Shown here one piece after another: positions 35,368 through 46,642 of a DNA stretch of 49,667 bases. Both the position numbers and the translations under genes were made by a program. The notes below the pieces were generated by a model. The model had not been told where the DNA came from. It worked only from the letters and a program-made list of their open reading frames with translations, and made no database searches. Every line of letters begins with the position of its first letter. The stretch's first letter is position 1. Source of the stretch: an uncultured bacterium (lineage in GTDB: Bacteria; Patescibacteriota; Gracilibacteria; Absconditabacterales; Absconditicoccaceae); NCBI GenBank assembly GCA_963541585.1, contig CAUTUR010000001.1, forward strand, positions 1 through 49,667. Reading direction: 5' to 3'.

Positions 35368-38268
35368 ATGCCACAAACACCATCATCAAAATACCTCTAC
35401 TTTCAGATCAAACCATTCAAGGACAACGAACTTTGAGTGGGGCATTGGGAAAAACTGATAAAAAACCTCGTTTCTCTTAAATCAAAAAAAATCACTTTTC
35501 TCATCTGCGGAAATCGTGATGATATTCAGCTGTTTGTGAGGTTGCCAAAAGATTTTCAAGCCTATTTTCAAAATACTTTTTATACGACGTTTACCACTTC
35601 TGACCTAGTAAAAAGTGATCGTATTTGCCTGGCAGGGGAGAGGGTGTATCTTGGATTGATCAAAGAATCCTTTTTCTCATGAAAGAAAGCTTCTGGAGTA
35701 CTAAAAACCAAGGAGGAATTCACCAAAGACGGTTCTTATCTTGATCCGATGACCGATATTTTCGCGGTTTTCCAAAATGTAGATAGAGATTCACAGCTCA
35801 AGATTGCATTTGAATACACTTTCAAGCTTGAGGAGGATGAATTGACCAAATTATTCAGCTTTTTTGGGAAAGTGTTTAGTTATCTTTGGCGAGGAGGTGC
35901 AAAAAAGAAAGAGGAAAATTCGGAAACTCCAGCTCTCGAGCAAGATTTATTGATGAGTATCTGGTACAGCATTCAGACCAAAGATGCCTATATGAAAGAG
36001 AGTATAAATGGACTTCTTAATTCAGTTTTTGCGCCTTTTTTGGCAAATGGCTCTTTCGTAAAAAAAGAAAAAGCTGAATGGATGCCGGTGAGTTTTGCTC
36101 AGGCGATCAATGTTTTCCATCTTCCTACCAAAATCAACTTCATTAAGGGACTGGATTATACCGTTTATAGAAAATTACCGTATCCAACTACGCTTCCTAC
36201 ACCGGATAATACCCCATCAAAGGAGCTTACCATACTTGGGGATACCGATTACAGAGGAGATAAGATCAGATTTTGAATCCGTGAAGAAGATAAATTTAGG
36301 CATATGTATATCGTAGGTAAGACCTGAACTGGAAAATCTACCTTCATCAACAATATGATCATCTCGGATATGAGGGCTGGAAATGGGCTTTGTCTGCTGG
36401 ATCCACACGGAGAACTCGTAGATGATTTGCTGGAATATATCCCTTCAAACCGCATCAATGATGTGATTCTTTTTGATGTTGGAGATGCGGAATATCCGAT
36501 CGGATTCAACCTTTTGCAAGCCGATAATGAAGATGAAAAAAACAGAATCGCTTCTGGGGTCGTTTCCACATTTCAGAAACTTTTTGACAATTCCCGAGGT
36601 CCAAGACTAGAATATATTTTGAGAAATGTCGTGCTGTCAGTAATTGACTATCCAAATGCAACTTTGATGCATATTTTGAGAGTCTTGACGGATAAAGAAT
36701 TTCGTGAAGAGGTGATTTCTCATATCAAAGATTCAGTATTATTAAAATTTTGGAATAACGAGTTTAATAAATGGCAGGATAAACAGAGAGAAGAAGCCGT
36801 AGGGCCGATTACCAATAAAGTCGGACAGTTCCTTTCTTCTCGTCTTGTGAGGAATATCTTTGGACAACCAAGAACGAAACTCAGCATCAGAAAGGCAATG
36901 GACGAGGGGAAAATCATTCTCGTAAACCTTTCAAAAGGAAAAATTGGTGAAGATAATGCGAATATGATTGGATCGCTCTTGGTAACCAAAATCCAGATTG
37001 ATGCGATGGGAAGAGCCGATATGGCGAAACATTTGAGAAAGCCGTTTTACCTTTATATTGATGAGTTTCAGAACTTTGCAACCAAGTCCTTCGCGACGAT
37101 TCTTTCAGAGGCGAGAAAGTATAAGCTCTCTCTGATTGTAGCCAACCAATATACCTCTCAGCTTGATGAAACGATCAAAGATGCGATTTTTGGAAATGTA
37201 GGAACGATCTTCTCTTTTACGCTTGGATATGATGATGCTTCCGTGATGACTTCACAGTTTAAGGAGATGGTCAGCACAAATGATCTGATTTCTTTGCCAA
37301 AGTTTACCGCTTATACGAGGCTGATGGTAGATGGAATCTCCTCAGATCCGTTTAGTATGAAGACTTTGCCGCCTTTTACTTCTGAAGGGGATATAGAACA
37401 TATTGAAAAAATCAGAAACCAATCTCGTCAGAGATACGCGATGGAGAGAGGTCAGCTTGAAACCTTGATGAATGCCCGAAGCAAAAAATCCTTTTCCGTG
37501 CAAGAAAAGATCGCAGAACAGGCAAGATATGAAGGACTTGGACTCTCTGCAAAAGAAGCAAAAAATCTGCAAGATTTCCAGGTTCAGCAAAATAGCAAAC
37601 GGTTTTCAGAAGTAAGGATCGGTGATCGCTCAGCTGATGCGATGATCGTAGATACCGAACAAGGAAATCACAAAATGATCCGATACGCCCAGCCACAAGG
37701 ACTGGAGAAAGTGGCTACTTTACAGGTTCAGAAAGGGAAAATCGTAAAACTTGATGAAAAGACTCAGCTTTCTTTTTTTGTGAGTATTTGGCAGCATACT
37801 ACCCTAACTTGTAGCAACAAAAAACCGCTTACCATCTGGATTGGAACGAAAAAAGAAGTAGAACAGCAACTTCAAGAAATCTACCAAAAAGCTGGTCTTG
37901 ATCCTGAAAGGACAGACTTCCTTAAATTCATCCCTAATGTTGAACTTTTAGAGGCTCAGCAAAAAAAAACTCCTTCTCAAAAAATTCAAAAAGCTGATCT
38001 TCCTCAAAGCCCGACTGACCAGAGCGGATTTACTGTCAATGACATTCAGCTTGGGAAGGAATATCTCGGCTATGTGAAGCTGATTTACAACTATGGAATG
38101 TTTATCACAGTTAAAGGAGTAGAAGGGCTACTTCACAAAAAGCAAATCGTCGTTCCTGAAGGTGTAGATTGGAAAAAGTACTACAATATCGGCGACAAAA
38201 TCAAAGTCAAAGCACATGATTTCAAAGATGTTGATGGAGAGAAAAGAGTGGTCTGGACTCAGATGTAA
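35368..38268 (+). CDS. TraD/VirD4/TraG-like (type IV coupling protein-like, FtsK/HerA-class) P-loop ATPase with a C-terminal S1 OB-fold domain, 966 aa
   Basis: Track ORFs 35437, 35749 and 36355 share the frame of the ATG at 35368. Walker A IVGKTGTGKST with the middle Gly = TGA at 36325-36327. LLDPHGELVDDLL, Walker B LYIDEFQNF, and ARKYKLSLIVANQY as in coupling proteins. The last ~70 aa (GKEYLGYVKLIYNYGMFITVKGVEGLLHKKQ...GDKIKVKAHDF, about 38053-38262) fit an S1 domain. No N-terminal TM helices seen. Confidence 0.75.
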
Positions 38269-38296
38269 TCTGAAAGTGTTTTCATTGGATAAGGAA

Positions 38297-38327
38297 TCCT
38301 TGAGTTACTCAGCTTGAGGATTTTTTT
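38297..38327 (+). terminator. Rho-independent terminator after the ATPase gene
   Basis: tccttgag (38297-38304) pairs with cttgagga (38313-38320), including two wobbles, around an 8-nt loop, followed by T7 (38321-38327). Confidence 0.5.
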
Positions 38328-38347
38328 GAATCAGATTTTTGCTTGAT

Positions 38348-38371
38348 AAAAAAACCTCTCACGAGGAGAGG
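38348..38371 (-). terminator. Rho-independent terminator after the 7-repeat protein gene
   Basis: The minus strand reads cctctc-ctcgt-gagagg followed by T7 (plus-strand A7 at 38348-38354). Lies 21 nt after the TAA at 38393-38395. Confidence 0.6.
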
Positions 38372-38392
38372 GAAAAAAGAAATATTTTATTG

Positions 38393-39856
38393 TTAAGATC
38401 CAAATACGAACTTATCTTCTATAGGCTTCATTGCTTGTCTATAAATTTCATCTACCTCTGGATAATCTCTAATAAAACTCATACTAACTTTAGCTTTTCG
38501 GGCTTTTACAAGACAGTTCTGAAATCTTTTAGTATACTTAGATACATCAATTCAATTTTCAACCATAGCTTGAAGATGTGATACATATCACTCAAGAAAT
38601 TCTCTGTTTTGAGGATATTTTTCTAGAGTTTTTAACTTTTCTTCCAGCTTTTTTAACTCTTCTTCACTATTTACTAAATAATAATTTTTATAAAATTCAC
38701 GAAGAAACTTTTCATATTTACTCACATCAATTCAATCCTCTTTTGATTCTTCAATATAGGTTTTAAATAAGCCCATTTTGAAATGATAGCTAGGATTTTC
38801 TTGAAAATATTTTAGGATATCTTCAAGAGTAGCTAAATAATGCTTTTTTGAAATTTCAGGAAAAAGTTTTTGATATTGATCCACATTGATTCAATTCTCT
38901 TGTGCTTTTTTAATATAGGTTTTACACGATTCAAATGCTTCCTTATTTAGAAGATCATTTTGAAGAATATTAAAATTATTTTTAAGCTTTGTTAAGTAAT
39001 ATTCTGCTGCCACATTATAGAAAATTTTTTCATATTTATCTACATTATTTCAAAATTTCTTTGCATCGTTTATAGCTTCTTTAAATAAAGAAATAGATCA
39101 GAAAAAAGTGAATGTTTGAAGATTTTTTAATCTTTTTTTAACTTCTATTAAAGAGCGTTTTTTGTTAATCTCATAGAAAATTTTTTCACATTCACCTACA
39201 TCAATTCAAAGTTCCTTTGCTCTTTTAATACGGATTGTGGCTAACATAAATGCTCCACTATCTAAAACATCTTTTTGAAGACGACTTAATTTATTTTCAA
39301 TATCTGTTATATAATACTTTTCACACATTTCATAGAAAATCTTTTCATATTGACTTACATCGGCTCAATCTTCCTTTGCTTTAAACAAATACCTTTGAAA
39401 TGAAAAAAATAAGTTTATATCTTGAGGATTTTTTAAAAGATTATTTAAAGTTTCTTCTATCATTACCAAATAATATTTTCCACGAGCTTCATCGAAATTT
39501 TTTCGATATCTAGTTATAATTATATCAGCTCATTTTTTTTCTGCATTTAAAAGAGTATCTTTAAGCCTCGCCAATAATCAAACATCCCCAGGCTGTCTTG
39601 AAAGATCATTTAAGTATCTTTCAATTTTCTTTTCTTCCGCTGAAAGAGGATACTTTTCAGGATTTTTTCTTTTATCTAAAAGTGCAACTTCTCCTTTTTT
39701 CACCGTTGCTATATTCCCTTGATACTTTCCATTTCCCTGGAAAACAATTTCAAGCTGATTTTGAGTCTCATTAATAACTTTTGCCTTTCTTCCTCCAGAA
39801 ATTACAATTTTACCAAGATAATTCATGATTTCTTGATTCTTATTGTGAGTATTCAT
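38393..39856 (-). CDS. Hypothetical repeat protein, 487 aa: about 90-aa N-terminal domain plus seven 52-60 aa repeats
   Basis: Track ORF 39578-39856 continues through TGA; the frame was checked from 38393 to 39580 with no TAA/TAG. Each repeat carries a motif such as KEDGIDVSKYEKFL or QENGINVDQYQKLF, whose Gly is TGA in all seven copies (38552, 38732, 38891, 39050, 39206, 39365, 39530). Confidence 0.75.
38480..39560 (-). repeat. Seven tandem coding repeats, 156-180 bp period
   Basis: acatcaattcaa-like strings recur at the positions listed for the repeat protein. Confidence 0.7.
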
Positions 39857-40102
39857 GATAAATAGAGATATAAGATAATAATTTCGTGTAAAGATATATA
39901 TTTCTTCAAGAAAGTCAAATAATTAAAAAATAAAAAAACACTTTCACATGTTTTCATTATTACGAAAATTATCTGAATAAAAGATACATTCTTTCTCTTA
40001 ATTCCTCTAAAAAATATTAGGATTCCTTTTTTATTCTTTCCTTGCAATCTTCTTTGACTTTACTATAAGGAAGTGTTTTATTTCGCGCAGAACCACTTAA
40101 AT

Positions 40103-41998
40103 ATGACCAAGAAAAAAAATCTGATCCTAAGCTATAAATGGCGGATTTACGGACTTCTTTTTATTGTCCTGATCTCTGTTGGACTAAGACTGCTCCAAAA
40201 TAATAGTCTAATTTCCACTTTTTGAGTCAATACCGGAACGGTTCAGGTTATTGAGGACAATGAAGAACTTTCCCTCAACCAATGGTTAGAGCAGTATCAT
40301 AAAGGAACTTTTCAGAAGATTTCGCTTACCAATGATGAAGAATTAAAAGGTTTTGAACTGATAAAAAAAGGCAAAGAAAGCTTCTTTACCAAGGAATACG
40401 AAACCGAAACCTACAAAAGCTACGAAACCAAGAAATCTCCTTCTCTGAGCTTGATTGATCTTGGGGTGGCTTTGACCTGAGATATTGAGCTTGCGATCGT
40501 GCATGAGGAGCCTTCACTGTGGACGAAACTCTTTGAGCAGGTGGGCTATCTGATTTTTTTCCTAATTATTCTGGTGATTGGGATGAAATTTATTATGCCA
40601 AAGGGCGGAGCTGGAGGGATGCTCGGAATTAAAGTAGGAAAAGAAAGCAAAAAATCTGAATCAAAAACCAGATTTACCGACATTGCAGGGATGGACGAGG
40701 TCAAGAACGAACTGATTGAAATCGTAGATTACCTCAAAGAGCCTGAAAAATATCAAAAAATCGGTGCCAGACCACCAAAGGGAGTCTTGCTCTATGGGGC
40801 TCCAGGATCAGGGAAGACCTTGCTTGCGAGAGCGGTAGCAGGGGAGGCTGGAGTCGCTTTTTTTTCAGCTTCTGGATCTGAATTTATGGAAATGCTCGTT
40901 GGAATGGGAGCTGCGAAGGTGAGAAAACTCTTTGAACAAGCCAAATCCGCTGGGAAAGCGATCATTTTTATTGATGAGATTGATGCGATCGGGAAAAAGA
41001 GAGGATCGGGCTATACCGGAGGGCATCAGGAGCAGGAACAAACGCTCAACCAAATTCTGACAGAAATGGATGGTTTTGATAAAAATACGAATATCATCGT
41101 GATGGCTGCGACCAATAGGCCTGATACCTTGGATCCTGCCTTACTCAGAGCCGGAAGATTTGATAGAAAGGTCTTTGTTTCCGTGCCAACTTTGGAGGAA
41201 AGAATTCAGATTTTTGAATATTACCTTAAATCCAAAAAAGTCGATGAAAAGGTCAATCTTGAATCGCTTGCGAAAAGAACGAGCGGTTTGGTTGGTGCAG
41301 ATATTGAAAATGTCGTGAATGAGGCTGCTTTACAAGTTGCAAAATCCAATAGAGAAGTGCTAGAAGCGAAAGATTTTGAATACGCACTTGAGAAAGTAAT
41401 TATGGGACCTGAGAAAAAAGTAAAATCTATGAAAGAAAAAGAGAAAAAGCTCGTTGCCTACCACGAACTTGGACATGCCGTGACCGGACATCTCTTGGAA
41501 AACGCAGATCCGATTGAGAAAATCTCGATTGTTCGTAGAGGGCATGCTTTAGGAGTGACCTGGACGACTCCAGAAGAGGACAAAAACCTCTATTCCAAGG
41601 CAAAATTCCTTGATGAAGTGGTAACTTTGCTCGGAGGAAGAGCAGCAGAGGAGTTGTTTTTTGGGAAAGAGGAGATCACCACTGGTGCTTCTAATGATTT
41701 TGAAAGAGCGACCACTATTATCAAAAATATGATTCTCAAATATGGTATGGATGAAGATTTTGGACCAATCAACTACCTCAAAGAAGGCGAGGATCAGCCT
41801 TTTATCAATCCTTATAGCGAACAGACCGCACAGCTCGTAGATGAAAAGATCAAAAACTATCTTGCTAATGCTTACAAAAAAGCAAAAAAAATTCTGAAAG
41901 ATCACGAAGTTCTGATTCATCAAATGGCAGGAGTCCTTTTAGAGAAAGAATATCTTTCTAGCGAGGAATTCTCTGAAATGATGAAAGAATCTTCATAA
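40103..41998 (+). CDS. ftsH: ATP-dependent zinc metalloprotease FtsH, 631 aa
   Basis: GVLLYGAPGSGKTLLARAVAGEAGV, IIFIDEIDA and the HEXXH motif YHELGHAV. Two TM segments lie upstream of track ORF 40499-41998, joined through 2 TGA to the ATG at 40103. Confidence 0.95.
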
Positions 41999-42050
41999 AA
42001 TAGAAAATAAATCTTCCGATTTTTTAGTTGTTGATTATTTATTACTTATT

Positions 42051-42881
42051 ATGACCATCGTATTAGATTATTTCTTCAATAAAAACCTCAAAATCCTTAA
42101 TATCCCTGATGAGATAAGTAAAGACTTAAAACATGGAGATAAAATTTCATATTTTTTGGAAGAAAAATGAACAGAAAAAGAATCAATTGGAACCGTACTT
42201 TGATATACTATACCAATCGAAGAGAGGACTGCTCAATTTTCCAAAAAATTAAATCCTGAAGAAAATAGTGATTTTCTCAAACAACAGGAATTTGCACTCA
42301 AGCTTTTTCCTTTATTTAAAAAAAAATTCAAGGCTGCATTCCCTGGATCTAAACCTATTACAGCAAGATATAACCCTTTAATGGATCAGCTTTATTTTTA
42401 TTTCTATTCTGAAGAAAGATATGTTTTTAGTGATTTCGTAAGGGAACTTAAACAAGAAATCGGAAAAAATATTTTTCTTTTCCAGGTCGGAGCAAGAGAT
42501 ATGATGAGGCTAGACCCTAACTCAAAAGCGTATGCTGTAGGTGCTGATTGTGGAATGGAATTTGCATGCCAAGGGCTCGGTCCTTTGCCAAGTGTAGAGG
42601 TTGAATCCATTGCCATGCAAGGACTTGAAGGAAGAGATATTGAAAGATTAAAGTGAAGATGTGGAAAATTAAAATGTAGCTTGCTCTATGAATTGGAAAT
42701 TTATATGAAAGAATACAAGGATTTCCCACAAAAAGGATCAAAAATTCAATGTCCATGATCAAATCAAAAATGAGTTGTAAGTTCATATAATATCATTACA
42801 AAAGAAGTTGTTATCAGAACAGAGGAGTGATGAGTACTCAGAGTTCCTCTTGCTCTTCTCAAAGAAGAAAAAGAAAGATAA
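42051..42881 (+). CDS. PSP1 domain protein (YaaT/RicT-like), 276 aa
   Basis: LYFYFYSEERYVFSDFVRELKQEIGKNIFLFQVGARD...GRCGKLKCSLLYE follows the PSP1 C-terminal pattern (the CGRL.CCL.YE equivalent). Same frame as track ORF 42381-42656. TAA at 42879-42881. Confidence 0.75.
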
Positions 42882-42888
42882 AAAATTG

Positions 42889-43845
42889 ATGCTTTTATTT
42901 ATTATGACGATTTGTATGTGAACTAAAGTTTTGATTTATTTTCGAATGGCCCTCAGCATTGCACTTGTTGTAATTCCTTGCGGAATTGTTTTTTACTGGT
43001 TGTGAAAGAAAATTTCTACTTATTTTAGACAAAAGGCTCAGCTCATAAAAGAAAATAAAGAGCTTAAACATATAAAAACTGAACTCCAAGAACAAAAAGA
43101 AGAGTTTATCACCAATAGTGAATACGGACCTTTTGTTGCATCACAGGAAACAGAAAATAAAATCCTAGATGAGCAATCTTCTTGAGATGAGGAAACAAGC
43201 TCTTGATCAAAAGATACTGATGAGCTAGTTCCAGAACTTCTAAAACAATCTGAAGAACATCAAAATATCGCAGAAAAAGAGAAAAAAAGACTTGATACCC
43301 TCTTACTTGAAGCTGAACTATTGAAAAATGAGGGGAAAGTAGAACAATATGAAAAAAAACTGATTGAAGCAACTACGATTGATGATATGGAGCTGAGAGT
43401 TTTAAAGCCCCTTGCAGATCTTTATTTTACGCTTGGAAACTACAAAAAATCACTTCCATTGCTCAAGAAAATTTCTGAACAAGATCCTACTGATCACAAA
43501 GTGATTTGGCAGATTGCAGAGATCTATTTTGTTACGGGAGATATTCAGACTGCCGAACTGTTAGTAGAAAAAGCAATCAATCTGAAAAATGATAATCCAA
43601 AATACTATCTTACCATGGTGGAAATCTATTATAATACGGATAGAAATTCGGAAGCTCTCGCTTATATGGAAAAAGTTATTAAACTCAGACCGACTAATCC
43701 GAAATACCTACTTGCGACTGCCGAACTTTATGAACAATCAGGAGATTTAGACAATGCTAAGAAATACTATTTCAATGTCCTAGAATACGAACAAAATAAC
43801 GAAAAAGCTAAGGCAAAAATCAGAGAGTTTACAAGAGAACTATAA
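42889..43845 (+). CDS. Membrane-anchored TPR-repeat protein, 318 aa
   Basis: N-terminal hydrophobic segments, an acidic linker, then TPR-like repeats (LADLYFTLGNYKKSLPLLKKISEQDP, IAEIYFVTGDIQTAELLVEKAINL, and others). Same frame as track ORF 43321-43845. Confidence 0.7.
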
Positions 43846-43885
43846 TTGAAATACCTTTTGCTTATATGATTTATAAAAAATAATT

Positions 43886-44350
43886 ATGCTAATCACGAAT
43901 AGAAACAAGCCCCTATTAGCTATAAATGATATTGTATGTTTTAAGGTAATGGTGAAACGGGAAAATGCTTATTTTATTTGTCCTCCAGCTTTTCAGTATT
44001 TTTTAGCCAATAAAATTAAACTAGAGCCCTATTATTTAAATAAAACGTATGAAACAGAATTAACAAATCCTAATGCTGATTATAGAATTGATGGAGTGAT
44101 TTGAAAATGATTTTATCATACTTTTTGTGACATAACTTCAGCACAAAAATTTGTTAATTATTTGACAAATAAAATTAATAATCCTGATTTAGAATTATAT
44201 CAGATTCCTTTTGATGCTGAACTTGTAATTTTAGAAGCCCTTATTCCAAAATTTGCACTTTATTATCAATGAAGATACAAAGAATTAGAAGGGATGAAAA
44301 CGTATGCTTCAAATAAAGTTCTTTATTCTGCTGTATCCCTCTGATCTTAA
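43886..44350 (+). CDS. Hypothetical protein, 154 aa
   Basis: Track ORF 43886-44104 continues through 4 in-frame TGA to TAA at 44348-44350. No family recognised. Confidence 0.55.
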
Positions 44351-44379
44351 AAAACACTTTTATCCGTAAAAAATAAGTA

Positions 44380-45273
44380 ATGAAACTAACCCTCGTAATC
44401 CTCGCCGCAGGAATGGGAAGCCGTTATGGAGGCTTGAAACAGCTTGATATCTTTGGAGCAGGGGAGCATGCCTTGATGGAATACTCCGTTTTTGATGCGA
44501 AAAAAGCTGGATTTGAAAAGGTCGTTTTTGTGATTAGAAAAGACTTTGAAACAGAATTTAAAAGCAGAATCGGTTCAAGGATTGAACAGGAAATAGAGGT
44601 CAGCTATGCCTTCCAAGATATGCATGAACTTCCAGCAGGTTTCATCTGCCCATCGACGAGAGAAAAACCTTGGGGAACCGGACATGCCGTCCTTGCTGCC
44701 AAAGATCTGATTGATGGACCTTTTGCCGTGATCAATGCTGATGATTTTTATGGAAGGGAAAGTTATCAGGGCTTGGCTGACTTTTTGAAGACTCATGAGC
44801 AAAACTGTATCGTCGGCTACCAACTTTCAGAGGTGCTTTCAGACTTTGGAACGGTGTCTAGAGGAATGTGCGAGCTTGATGAAAATAATAATCTCAAAGC
44901 GATCCATGAAACTAAAAAAATCTTCAAATCAGAAGGAAAAATCCTTGCTGAAAACCCTGATGGAACGACTTATGAACTCAATCCTCAGGACCTCTGTTCT
45001 ATGAATATGATGGGATTTACCAAAGCAAGTCTTGAATTTTACGAAAAATACTTCATTGATTTTTTAGAAAAGAATCTCAACGAACCAAAAACTGAATTTT
45101 ATATGCCAGAAGTTATCACGAGACTGATTAACGAGGAAGGACAATCTGTTCCTGTTTTACCGACTACTGCGAAATGGTTTGGAGTGACTTACCAGGAAGA
45201 TAAAGAAGCAACAAGTAAAAATATTGATGCTTTGATTGCAGATGGAAAGTATCCAAAACACTTACGAAACTAG
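44380..45273 (+). CDS. Sugar-phosphate nucleotidyltransferase family protein, 297 aa
   Basis: Intact track ORF. N-terminal LVILAAGMGSRYGGLKQLD is the NTP-transferase G-loop. Confidence 0.8.
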   Translation: MKLTLVILAAGMGSRYGGLKQLDIFGAGEHALMEYSVFDAKKAGFEKVVFVIRKDFETEFKSRIGSRIEQEIEVSYAFQDMHELPAGFICPSTREKPWGTGHAVLAAKDLIDGPFAVINADDFYGRESYQGLADFLKTHEQNCIVGYQLSEVLSDFGTVSRGMCELDENNNLKAIHETKKIFKSEGKILAENPDGTTYELNPQDLCSMNMMGFTKASLEFYEKYFIDFLEKNLNEPKTEFYMPEVITRLINEEGQSVPVLPTTAKWFGVTYQEDKEATSKNIDALIADGKYPKHLRN

Positions 45274-45322
45274 AAAGTTAATGCATAAGAATATTTATTT
45301 CTACAAATAGCAAATCTAAGAA

Positions 45323-46636
45323 ATGAAAAAAATCTGATTTTTACTGTTACTTTTGCTTCTTCCTTCTTCAACTTTTGCTTTTGTGCTAGGGCTAAAATCC
45401 ACAGATAATACCGTGGAAAATATTGTAAAAATTGAAAAAGACTATAATCTTTATCTCCCTTTAATCGGGTTTATTTATGATCCCCGAGAGAGACAAAATG
45501 TTATTCAAGAGTTGGAAAATATGCATCAAAAACTCTGAAATAAGAGAATTTACCATATTTCAGTTTCTCCAAATCAGTTTTCTGCTCAAGAAGTTGCTGA
45601 TGGAGCTTTTGATAGAGAGTATACTCTTTTTTTTCAAACGATAAAAAGGCTTAAACTCAAGGTTATTTTCAGGACAATGCATGAAATGAATGGTGGTTGG
45701 TATCCACGAGGATCAAATCCTGAAAATTTCAAAAAAGCCTGGATTCATGTATGGAATCTTTCACGTTCTCTTGGATTAGATCAAAAGGATATTCTTTTTG
45801 ATTTTTCTGTGAATCACCGGGATATGCCAACTCTCTGAAAACCTTCTCAACAAGCAAAACTCATTCAGTGTAAACCTGATAAAAAATGTCATCATTTTGA
45901 GGACTATTTTCCAGGAGAAGCCTATGTAGATATTATAGGAGTAACCTTTTATAACCGATGAAAAGCTACAAGTAATAGACTTTGGAAAAATCCATGACAA
46001 ATTTTGAATGATCCTGAATGGAAAACCTTAGAGAGATTAAAATCCCTTTGAAAACCTTTATTTATTGACGAAGTTTGAACAACAGCAGTCTGGTATGATG
46101 AGAAATATTCTTCAAAAACCTCAAGAGCATCTTTCCTTACTCCTGAATCTGATACGAGAAAAAATCAATGGTTAAAAGAACTTAGTGCATTATTAAAAGT
46201 AAATCATTTTCTAGGAGCGGTATATTTCAATGTAGATTATACGAATGGATTAACGCTTCCTTCAGTTTGAGAGGCAGATCGAGCAATTATCAATACGACA
46301 ATTGATAAATTTTACGATGGTTTTTGGGATCTTTATAGTAGTTCAAAATCAGATTTTTCTTCCTTATTAGCTTTATTTTGACTAAAAATGGTTGAAGTTA
46401 ATGGAGATGAAAGATTTGTATCTCAAAAAGCAGCAAAAGATTTAAAATTCATTGAAACCCTTGTGAACGAAAAAATTACTGATCCAAAAGAAAAATCAGA
46501 TCTTTATAAGAAATTATGAACTACTCCAAGCGGAAAGAAAAGTTTTGATGAGGCAATTCAAGTTCTAAAAGAAGAGTATACTTTTTCTCCAGTGCAAACA
46601 GGATGAACAATCACTGGAGCTTCTATTGGTGTCTAA
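45323..46636 (+). CDS. Secreted glycoside hydrolase, GH26-like, 437 aa
   Basis: Signal peptide MKKIGFLLLLLLLPSSTFA. FRTMHEMNGGWYPRG resembles the GH26 catalytic-acid region (HE.NG.W). Many in-frame TGA. Same frame as track ORF 45353-45538. TAA at 46634-46636. Confidence 0.6.
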
Positions 46637-46642
46637 ATCTCC

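Noticed and set aside
36217-37696. Minus-strand ORFs 36217-36408, 36249-36569, 36720-36989, 37342-37590 and 37412-37696
   Set aside because: They are antisense to the well-supported ATPase ORF and carry no motifs.
38339-39560. The 156-180 bp periodic repeats, plus-strand ORFs 38339-38581 and 38578-38766, and minus-strand ORF 39853-40047
   Set aside because: The repeats are in-frame coding repeats of the 487-aa minus-strand protein. The other ORFs are low-complexity and lie in antisense or intergenic promoter DNA.
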